A stretch of DNA of 16,682 nt from contig JBIOTN010000081.1 in NCBI GenBank assembly GCA_044866005.1, positions 1-16,682 of the forward strand, written 5' to 3'. This document shows positions 1 to 7,112 of the stretch, piece after piece; position 1 is the first letter of the stretch, and the number at the start of each line of letters is the position of its first letter. The notes below the pieces were generated by a model. That model had not been told where the DNA came from. It made no database searches and saw only the letters and a list, made by a program, of their open reading frames with translations. The stretch comes from Candidatus Rokuibacteriota bacterium (GTDB lineage Bacteria > Methylomirabilota > Methylomirabilia > Rokubacteriales > DASRDR01). Made by a program: the position numbers and the translations under genes.

Positions 1-27
1 GCGTCGCATCCCGGCGTCCGGCATCAC

Positions 28-70
28 GGCCGGGACGCGCTCGGCCTGCGGCCTCGCGGCCGTCCCGGCC
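28..70. repeat. REP-like imperfect palindrome
   Basis: Perfect 10-bp inverted repeat GGCCGGGACG (28-37) / CGTCCCGGCC (61-70) encloses an inner stem CGC-TC-GGCC-tgc-GGCC-TC-GCG with a TC/TC internal mismatch. Confidence 0.65.
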
Positions 71-73
71 TCT

Positions 74-119
74 GGGGGCCTCGGCCGGCCTCCTCATAGG
101 GCTGGGTGGGCGGGCCGGC
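74..119 (+). repeat. Dispersed palindromic repeat, copy A (hairpin plus G-tract module)
   Basis: Hairpin GGGGGCC-tcggcc-GGCCTCC (74-93), then GGGCTGGGTGGGCGGGCCGGC (99-119), which is 19/21 identical to the reverse complement of 15593-15613. Confidence 0.65.
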
Positions 120-223
120 ATACGCCTCGGCCGCCCTCGGCCCTGCGTCCTAGGCCTGCTCGGGTCTCGGCCCGGGGCCAGGACACTCAGCTGCGAAGGT
201 CCCTGGCGCAGGGTCCGCCACCG

Positions 224-988
224 GTGAGCGACTGCCGGATCCTGGTGCTCGAGGACGCCGAGGCGGTCGCGCGCGCCGCGGCGGAGCGCATCGTCGCGCG
301 GGTCCAGGACGCCCCCGCGGACCGCGGGCGCTGCGCGCTGGCGCTCTCCGGCGGCTCGACCCCCCGCGCGCTCTACCGGCTCCTCGCCCGGGATCCGTAC
401 CGCGCGCGGGTCGCGTGGGACCGCGTCGAGCTCTTCTGGGGCGACGAGCGGTGCGTGCCGCCGTCCGACCCGGAGTCGAACTACCGGATGGCGAAGGAGA
501 GCCTCCTCGACGCCGTGGCGGTCCCCCCGGCGCGCGTCCACCGGATCCCGGCCGGGACCGGCGAGCCGGCGGCGGTCGCGCGCGCCTACGAGGCCGAGCT
601 GGCCCGCGTCCTCGGCGGCACGCCGGGCGGCCCGCCGCCCCGGCTCGACCTCGTCCTCCTCGGCATGGGCGCCGACGGCCACACCGCCTCCCTCTTTCCC
701 CGCTCTCCGGCGCTCGCCGAGTCGGTGCGGTGGGTCGTCGCGACGGCCGCCCCGGTCGGCGTGCCCGAGCGGATCACGCTGACCTGGCCGATCCTGAACC
801 GCGCGGCCCACGTCCTCGTCCTCGTCGCCGGGCCCGACAAGGCCGGCACCCTCCGCGACGTCCTCGAAGGCCCCCGCGATCCCGGGCGGCTCCCGGCGCA
901 GGGGATCCAGCCGGCGGCGGGCACGGTCGAGTGGCTCGTGGACCGCGCGGCGGCCGCGCGCCTCTCCGCGGCCGAGACCTCCGCGTGA
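224..988 (+). CDS. pgl: 6-phosphogluconolactonase
   Basis: Motifs ALSGGSTP, FWGDERCVP, SNYRMA, LLGMGADGHTASLFP and RITLT; 254 aa; GTG start. Confidence 0.96.
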   Translation: MSDCRILVLEDAEAVARAAAERIVARVQDAPADRGRCALALSGGSTPRALYRLLARDPYRARVAWDRVELFWGDERCVPPSDPESNYRMAKESLLDAVAVPPARVHRIPAGTGEPAAVARAYEAELARVLGGTPGGPPPRLDLVLLGMGADGHTASLFPRSPALAESVRWVVATAAPVGVPERITLTWPILNRAAHVLVLVAGPDKAGTLRDVLEGPRDPGRLPAQGIQPAAGTVEWLVDRAAAARLSAAETSA

Positions 989-998
989 GGCGGCCCGG

Positions 999-2054
999 AT
1001 GACCGAGAGCGCCCGCGCCGCGATGCCGGTCCTCACGCACCACCTGCGGCAGGAGCGCGCGGCCCACCCCGCCCTCACCGACGACCTCGCCGCCCTCCTC
1101 GTCGAGATCGGGCTCGCCGGCAAGATCATCGCCCGCGACGTGGCCGGCGCCGCGCTGAGCGGCCGCCTCGGGGAGACGGGCGAGACGAACGTCCAGGACG
1201 AGCAGGTCAAAGCGCTCGACCGGTGGGCGAACGAGGTCATGGTGGACGTGCTCCGCCGGAGCGGGCTCGTCTGCACCATGGTGTCGGAGGAGCTGGCGGC
1301 GCCCCTCCACCTCGAGGGCGCCTGCGCGCGGAGCCGCTACCTCGTCTGCTTCGATCCGGTGGACGGGTCGTCGAACACCGACATCAACGGCATCGTCGGG
1401 ACCATCTTCGGGGTCCGGCCGAGCGGAGGGCCGGGGCCGGACGGGCGCGCCGGCGACCACGCGGCGAACGCGCTCGGCCCCGGGACCGCGCAGGTCGCCG
1501 CCGGCTACGTCATGTACGGCCCCGCCACGGTGCTCGTCTACACGGCCGGTCACGGCGTCCACGGCCTCACCCTCGACACGACGACCGGCGAGTACGTCCT
1601 GACCCATCCCGGCATCCGGATGCCGGGACACGGCAAGACCTACAGCGTGAACGAGGGCAACTGGCACCGCTGGGGCGGGGCGCCCCGCGAGTTCATCGAG
1701 TCGCTGCGGGCCGGCGCCGACGGCGCGCCGCGCTACAGCCTCCGCTACGGCGGCTCGCTCGTCGCCGACTTCCACCGGACGCTGCTGGAAGGCGGGATCT
1801 ACCTCTATCCCGCGGAGGTGGACGGCCGGCGGGCGCGCGGCAAGCTGCGGCTGCTCTACGAGGCGGCGCCGCTCGCCCTCCTGGCCGAGGCGGCCGGCGG
1901 GCGCGCCAGCACCGGCACGGAGCGTATCCTGGAGATCGTGGCCACGGAGTACCACCAGCGCGTGCCGCTCCTCATCGGAAGCGCCGAGGAGGTCGGCCGC
2001 GCCGAAGCGTTCCACCGAGCTGCGCGGGACGCGGCCCCGAGGGCCCGCGCCTGA
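999..2054 (+). CDS. fbp: Class 1 fructose-1,6-bisphosphatase
   Basis: Motifs NVQDEQVKALD, SEE, FDPVDGSSNTDIN, YSVNEGN, RYGGSLVADFHR and GKLRLLYEA; GAGG at 987-990 upstream. Confidence 0.96.
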   Translation: MTESARAAMPVLTHHLRQERAAHPALTDDLAALLVEIGLAGKIIARDVAGAALSGRLGETGETNVQDEQVKALDRWANEVMVDVLRRSGLVCTMVSEELAAPLHLEGACARSRYLVCFDPVDGSSNTDINGIVGTIFGVRPSGGPGPDGRAGDHAANALGPGTAQVAAGYVMYGPATVLVYTAGHGVHGLTLDTTTGEYVLTHPGIRMPGHGKTYSVNEGNWHRWGGAPREFIESLRAGADGAPRYSLRYGGSLVADFHRTLLEGGIYLYPAEVDGRRARGKLRLLYEAAPLALLAEAAGGRASTGTERILEIVATEYHQRVPLLIGSAEEVGRAEAFHRAARDAAPRARA

Positions 2055-2104
2055 GGGCGCCTCCCGCCCCGCCGGCCCGGTGCGTCGGCTCGGAGGCAAC
2101 GCCC

Positions 2105-3034
2105 ATGCTGAACGGTCGCGTCCGCGAGATGCTCGGCTGGTACGGCAGCGACAGCCCCGGCACCCTCACGAATCTCGCCCGGCTCCTCACCCACGGTCGG
2201 CTCGCGGGGACCGGGAAGCTCGTCATCCTGCCGGTCGATCAGGGATTCGAGCACGGCCCGGGCCGGAGCTTCGGCCCGAACCCGCCGGCCTACGACCCCC
2301 ACTATCACTTCGAGCTGGCCATCGAGGCGGGGTGCAGCGCCTACGCGGCCCCGCTCGGGTTCCTCGAGGCGGGGGCGCGGGAGTACGCCGGCCAGATCCC
2401 GCTCATCCTCAAGCTGAACAACCACGACGTCCTGCTCGAAGAGGCGGATCCGGCGCAGGCCGTCACGGGCAGCGTCCGGGACGCGCTCCGCCTGGGCTGC
2501 GTCGGCGTCGGGTTCACGATCTACCCGGGCTCGGCGGCCCGGCTCGAGATGTACGGCCAGGTCCGGACGATCGCCGAGGAGGCGAAGGCGCTCGGGCTGG
2601 CCGTGGTGATCTGGTCCTATCCGCGCGGCTCGGGGCTCTCCAAGGCCGGCGAGACGGCACTCGACGTCACCGCCTACGCGGCGCACATCGCGGCGCAGCT
2701 CGGGGCGCACGTCGTCAAGGTCAAGCTGCCCTCGGCCCACCTCGAGCAGGCCGCGGCGAAGAAGGTCTACGAGGCGCAGGCGATCCCGGCCGGGACGCTC
2801 GCCGAGCGCGTGCGCCACGTCGTCCAGAGCTGCTTCAACGGGCGGCGGATCGTGATTTTCTCCGGCGGGCCGGCCCAGGAGAGCGACGAGGCGGTGTTCG
2901 AGGAAGTGCGCGCGATCCGCGACGGGGGCGGGTTCGGCTCGATCATCGGGCGCAACTCCTTCCAGCGGAAGCGCCCGGACGCGCTGCGGTTCCTCCGCAC
3001 GGTCATGGACATCTACGCCGGGAGTGTCAAGTAG
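2105..3034 (+). CDS. fbaB: Class I (DhnA/FbaB-type) fructose-bisphosphate aldolase
   Basis: Start is ATG 2105 (MLNGRVR), preceded by SD GGAGG; the track's 1223 start is a spurious extension. Motifs ILPVDQGFEHGP, GFTIYPGS, WSYPRG, Schiff-base Lys in LGAHVVKVK, and GSIIGRNSFQR. Confidence 0.95.
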   Translation: MLNGRVREMLGWYGSDSPGTLTNLARLLTHGRLAGTGKLVILPVDQGFEHGPGRSFGPNPPAYDPHYHFELAIEAGCSAYAAPLGFLEAGAREYAGQIPLILKLNNHDVLLEEADPAQAVTGSVRDALRLGCVGVGFTIYPGSAARLEMYGQVRTIAEEAKALGLAVVIWSYPRGSGLSKAGETALDVTAYAAHIAAQLGAHVVKVKLPSAHLEQAAAKKVYEAQAIPAGTLAERVRHVVQSCFNGRRIVIFSGGPAQESDEAVFEEVRAIRDGGGFGSIIGRNSFQRKRPDALRFLRTVMDIYAGSVK

Positions 3035-3146
3035 CCGCCCGGCCCGGCGGATCGTAGAGGACGGCGACCCGGTCGCCGCGCCGTTCCGCCACGCGCCGGG
3101 GGGACGCCTCGTCCTCCGGCAGCGTGTACACCCGGCGGGGCGGCCG

Positions 3147-5480
3147 TCAACCCTCCGGCCGGCGCGGCCGGGCCAGCCCCGCAACGAGATTCACGAGGTC
3201 GGTCGGGTCGACCGGCTTCGTGACGTGCGCGTGGAACCCTGCCGACAGCGCCCGCTCGCGGTCGTCGAGGCTCGCGTACGCGGTGAGCGCGACTGCGGGG
3301 ATCGTGGCGCCCCGTCCGGGGTCGCGGGCTCGCAGCTCCCGGATCACGGCGTAGCCGTCCTCTCCCGGCATCGCGATGTCGCAGACGAGCACGTCCGGCC
3401 GGAAGTGCTCGAACGCCGCCCGCGCCTCGCGGGCGCTGAGGACGGCGGCCACCGCCGCCCCGGCCCGCGAGAGGATCGCGGTCACGAGCTCGAGGGCGTC
3501 CGGGTCGTCGTCGACGACGAGGATCCGCCTGCCCTCGAGCACCGCGGCGGCGCCGCTGCCCGGCTCGCCGGCCGACGGCGACCGCACCAGCAGCTCGCCG
3601 CGCGTGAGGAAGACGGCCGGCACGGGGAGCGTGACCGTGAACGTCGCGCCCTGCCCGTCCCCCCGGCTCTCGGCGGCCACGGTCCCGCCGTGCAGCTCCA
3701 CCAGGTGGCGCACGATCGCGAGCCCGAGGCCGAGACCCGTGTGCGCGCGGGTCGTCGCCGTGTCGGCTTGACGGAAGCGGTCGAAGACGTACGGCAGGAA
3801 CGCCGGCGGGATCCCCTCACCCGTGTCGCGCACCCGGATCTCCACGTGGCTCACGGCGCGCGAGAGCCGGACCTCCACCCGCCCGCCGGTCGCCGTGAAC
3901 TTCACGGCGTTCGCCAGGAGATTCCAGACCACCTGCTGGAGGCGGTCGGGGTCTCCCGAGATCGGCGGCGTCGTCGGATCGAGCTCGGTGGCCACGTGGA
4001 TCCCCTTCGCCTCGGCGGCCGGGCGGATGGCCTCGATCGCCGCGCCGACGACGGTGGCGACGTCCACGGGCTGCAGCTCCAGGCGGAGCTTCCCCGTGAC
4101 GACCCGCGAGATGTCGAGAATGTCGTTGATGAGCTGGGCCTGGACCCGGACGTTGCGCTCGATGCTCTCCAGCGCGCGCGCCGCGGTCGGAGGGTCGAGC
4201 TTTCCCGCACGGAGGAGCCGCACCCAGCCGAGCAAGGCGGTCAAGGGCGTCCTGAGCTCGTGGGAGAGGGTCGCGAGGAACTGGTCCTTGGTCCGGTTCG
4301 CCGCCTCCGCGTCGGCCCGCGCCCGCCGCTCGGCCTCGTAGAGGCGCGCCCGCTCGAGGGCCTGCGCGCACTGCCGCCCGAGGGTCAGGGCGAACGCCTG
4401 CTCGTCGGGGAGGAACGCGCGGAATGCGCCGAAGCCGAACTGCAGCACCCCGACGGCGCGGCCACGCAGGATGAGCGGGACGATCGCCGCCGCCTCGGGT
4501 AGGCCGGCCAGCCGCGCGAACTCGGGGTAGCGCGCCGCCCGCGCCTCGCGGCTCTCCAGGAACACGGGCTCGCCGGTCGCGAGCGCGTCGGCGAAGGGCG
4601 TGGCCGCGTCGAGCGGGATCCGCGTCCATGCCTCGAGCAGCGCATCCGGGTACCCCGCCGCCGAGAGAAGCCCCAGCTCCTCCCCCCCCTCGCCCACGAC
4701 CGCCACGACGCCGGCGACGGCCCCGAGGGCCCCCATCCCCTGCTCGACGATGACCTGAGCGACCTCCGCCGGCGCCAGGGCCTCGGCGAGCGCGGCCGTC
4801 ACGGCCTGGAGCCGCGCCGTCCGCTCGGCCGCGCGCTCGGCCGCCTGCCGCGCGCGGCGCTCGGCTGCGTACAGGCGGGCATGCTCGATGGCGCCGGCCG
4901 CGCGGCGCGCCAGGACCCCCACCAGTGACAGGTCCGCCGGGCTGTAGGCGCGGCTCGGCGTCGCGCTGACGAGCGAGAGGACGCCGAGCGTCCGGCCGTG
5001 CACCGTCAGCGGCACGCAGACCGCGGAGGCCGCTCCCAGCGCCAGGATCGTCGGCACGTCGCGGGCCTCGCGGCCGAGCGACACCATCCGGGGGTCGGTC
5101 ACCTGGCGGTAGAGCTCGACCTTGCCCGTCCTCACCACCCGCGCCGGTCCCCAGGGCGCGTCGGGATCGACGGGGAAGCGCCCTTCGAGCCTCCGCGCCA
5201 GCTCGCGCTTCGCGGGGTCGGCGTGCGCCGCGGCAAGCCGCCGCAGCATCGGCCCCTCCTCGAGGAGATCCACGGCGCACCAGTCCGCGAGTGTCGGCAC
5301 CACCAGGCGCACGAGCTGCGCCAGCGTGGACTCGTGATCGAGCGTGGACCCGAGGAGGCTGTACGCGTCGGCCAGCAGCTCCTCGCGCGCCGTGCCGGCC
5401 GTGCGGCTCGCCTGGGCGAGGGGCTTGCGTCTCCGGGACTCCGGCCGATCGGCCGAGCTTGCTGGCTCCTGCGCGTCCAT
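3147..5480 (-). CDS. Cytoplasmic hybrid sensor histidine kinase (GAF-GAF-HisKA-HATPase_c-REC)
   Basis: Start is ATG at 5480 (MDAQEP) with SD AAGGAG. H-box FLATLSHELRTPL, N-box QVVWNLLANAVKFT, G1 DTGEGI, G2 GLGLGLAI; REC with ILVVDD, CDIAMPGEDG and KP; two GAF-like segments; no TM helix. Confidence 0.95.
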   Translation of the reverse strand: MDAQEPASSADRPESRRRKPLAQASRTAGTAREELLADAYSLLGSTLDHESTLAQLVRLVVPTLADWCAVDLLEEGPMLRRLAAAHADPAKRELARRLEGRFPVDPDAPWGPARVVRTGKVELYRQVTDPRMVSLGREARDVPTILALGAASAVCVPLTVHGRTLGVLSLVSATPSRAYSPADLSLVGVLARRAAGAIEHARLYAAERRARQAAERAAERTARLQAVTAALAEALAPAEVAQVIVEQGMGALGAVAGVVAVVGEGGEELGLLSAAGYPDALLEAWTRIPLDAATPFADALATGEPVFLESREARAARYPEFARLAGLPEAAAIVPLILRGRAVGVLQFGFGAFRAFLPDEQAFALTLGRQCAQALERARLYEAERRARADAEAANRTKDQFLATLSHELRTPLTALLGWVRLLRAGKLDPPTAARALESIERNVRVQAQLINDILDISRVVTGKLRLELQPVDVATVVGAAIEAIRPAAEAKGIHVATELDPTTPPISGDPDRLQQVVWNLLANAVKFTATGGRVEVRLSRAVSHVEIRVRDTGEGIPPAFLPYVFDRFRQADTATTRAHTGLGLGLAIVRHLVELHGGTVAAESRGDGQGATFTVTLPVPAVFLTRGELLVRSPSAGEPGSGAAAVLEGRRILVVDDDPDALELVTAILSRAGAAVAAVLSAREARAAFEHFRPDVLVCDIAMPGEDGYAVIRELRARDPGRGATIPAVALTAYASLDDRERALSAGFHAHVTKPVDPTDLVNLVAGLARPRRPEG

Positions 5481-5526
5481 CCCGCTCCTTCGTGATCGCT
5501 GCCGGGGCCCCCGGCGGCGGGCTCTC

Positions 5527-5534
5527 ACTATACT
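5527..5534. promoter_or_regulatory. Overlapping candidate -10 elements in the divergent intergenic region
   Basis: ACTATACT reads TATAGT on the minus strand (5527-5532) and TATACT on the plus strand (5529-5534); a rare AT patch in GC-rich DNA; no convincing -35. Confidence 0.4.
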
Positions 5535-5731
5535 CCACCCCGCCCGCGACGGGGAGCCGCCAGCGCGACAGCCGCGACGGGTGATGACGCGGCGCGGCTT
5601 GCGCCGGGCGCTCCCACGAGGCTAGCCTTGATCTCCCGCAGTACCGGCAACGGGACGGCGCCATGGTACTCGGCAGAGAGATGGCGCAGGAGGGCGCCAT
5701 GGCGCCGCCGAAGGCTCGCTGACAGGGGATC

Positions 5732-6205
5732 ATGGCCGGGCCGCACCCCTCGCCCCCTCCCCGGTTCGGGGGAGCCACCGTTCTCGTCGTCGAGGACCAC
5801 GAGGACAGCCGGGACGCCATGCGGCTCATCCTCGAATCGCACGGGATCCGCGTCCTCCTCGCCGCCGACGGCGAGGAGGCGCTGCAGACGCTGGCCCGCG
5901 AGCAGCCGGACCTCGTCTTCTGCGATCTCCGCATGCCCCGGCTCGACGGCTTCGCGTTCATGGACCGGCTCCGCGGCGATCCCAAGCTCGCGCGCGTCCG
6001 CGTCATCGCCGTCTCCGGCCTGGGCGATCGGGAGACCGCGAGGCGCGCGTGGAAGGCGGGCTTCGACGCGCACCTGGTCAAGCCGCTCGACCACGACGCC
6101 ATCACCGCGGCGCTCGCCCGTGTCCTCTGGGCCCACGATGCCGCGCCCGCCTCGCCGGGGCGGGGGGCTGCAGGCCGGTCGGCCAAGGCTCGCCCCGAGC
6201 GGTAG
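5732..6205 (+). CDS. Single-domain response regulator (CheY-like receiver)
   Basis: Motifs VLVVEDH, phosphoacceptor Asp in FCDLRMPRLDG, VIAVSG and GFDAHLVKP; AGGGGA SD upstream. Confidence 0.92.
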   Translation: MAGPHPSPPPRFGGATVLVVEDHEDSRDAMRLILESHGIRVLLAADGEEALQTLAREQPDLVFCDLRMPRLDGFAFMDRLRGDPKLARVRVIAVSGLGDRETARRAWKAGFDAHLVKPLDHDAITAALARVLWAHDAAPASPGRGAAGRSAKARPER

Positions 6206-6427
6206 AACGGACTGCCTCCCGAGTTTCCCGCGACGATCGCCCTCGTGATCCACCGGTCTCCGCTCTACGGGAGCCCGCTGGTCGGCGTGCTCCTCTCCGG
6301 CGGCGGAGGGGACGGCGTCCGGGGCCCGATCGCCATCAAGGCGGCGGACGGACTGTCCGTTTTCCCCGCAGTACACGCGGCGCCGAGGCGAGCCGCGCCC
6401 TTGACCCCCCGAGGCGCTCTGGCCTAG
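6206..6427 (+). pseudogene. Internally deleted CheB methylesterase remnant
   Basis: Translation NGLPPEFPATIALVIHRSPLYGSPL-VGVLLSGGGGDGVRGPIAIKAADGLSV matches two non-adjacent blocks of the downstream CheB (LPADFPAALVVVQH and IAVVLTGTGSDGTMGVQAIKKMGGTV). The middle and the catalytic-Ser block are missing. Confidence 0.75.
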
Positions 6428-6430
6428 ACT
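6401..6430 (+). promoter_or_regulatory. Sigma70-type promoter for cheB-cheR
   Basis: TTGACC (6401-6406), 18-nt spacer, TAGACT (6425-6430), about 60 nt before the cheB start. Confidence 0.6.
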
Positions 6431-6488
6431 CGGACCGGGGCCTGCCGCGCCGCTCCAGGCCGTCCGCTCCCAGGAAGACCAGGCCACC

Positions 6489-7112
6489 GTGGGTCGGAAA
6501 CAGCGCTCCGGTAACCACCCCGGCGCCAGCGCCGCCGCCTTCGACGTCGTCTCGTTCGCCGCGTCCGCGGGCGGGCTCAGGGCCCTGGGCGACGTCTTCT
6601 CGGCCCTTCCCGCGGACTTCCCCGCCGCGCTGGTCGTCGTCCAGCACCTGGACCCGCGGCACCGGAGCCTCATGGCCGACATCCTGAGCCGGCGGACCGC
6701 GCTCGAGGTCAAGCAGGCCGAAGAAGGGGACGCGCTCCGGCCCGGGACGATCCACATCGCGCCGCCCAACAAGCACCTCCTGGTCAACCCGGACGGGTCG
6801 CTCGCCCTCGCGCAGTCGGAGCTGGTCCACTTCGTCCGTCCGTCGGCGGACCTCCTGTTCGAGTCGGTCGCCGCGAGCTTCAAGCACCGCGCGATCGCCG
6901 TCGTCCTCACCGGCACCGGGAGCGATGGCACCATGGGCGTCCAGGCGATCAAGAAGATGGGTGGCACCGTGATCGCCCAGGACGAGGCGACGTCCGAGTT
7001 CTTCGGCATGCCGAGCGCGGCCATCAACACGGGGAGCGTGGACTTCGTGCTCCCGCTCAAGGAGATCCCGGCCGCGCTCGTGACGCTGGTCATGACCGGA
7101 GAGGCCGGATGA
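6489..7112 (+). CDS. cheB: Stand-alone CheB-type protein-glutamate methylesterase (no receiver domain)
   Basis: Catalytic triad motifs AASAGG (Ser), VVQH (His) and LTGTGSDG (Asp), plus RPSADLLFES and AQDEATSEFFGMP. Confidence 0.95.
   Translation: MGRKQRSGNHPGASAAAFDVVSFAASAGGLRALGDVFSALPADFPAALVVVQHLDPRHRSLMADILSRRTALEVKQAEEGDALRPGTIHIAPPNKHLLVNPDGSLALAQSELVHFVRPSADLLFESVAASFKHRAIAVVLTGTGSDGTMGVQAIKKMGGTVIAQDEATSEFFGMPSAAINTGSVDFVLPLKEIPAALVTLVMTGEAG

Noticed and set aside
1223..2104. N-terminal extension of the 603-aa ORF containing the aldolase
   Set aside because: It is an Arg/Gly/Pro-rich off-frame overlap of fbp; the SD and aldolase similarity begin at ATG 2105.
999..3034. Calvin-cycle (cbb) operon interpretation of fbp plus aldolase
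   Set aside because: No RuBisCO, phosphoribulokinase or cbbR is in the window, and the pgl context points to pentose phosphate/gluconeogenesis.
3035..3146. Inverted repeats between convergent fbaB and the kinase (CGGCGACC/GGTCGCCG; GAGGACG/CGTCCTC)
   Set aside because: There is no U-tract on either strand and such stems are expected at this GC content, so no terminator is called.
5732..6427. Programmed TAG readthrough (e.g. pyrrolysine) producing a functional REC-CheB
   Set aside because: The downstream part lacks the catalytic Ser block and much of the fold, so readthrough could not yield an active enzyme.
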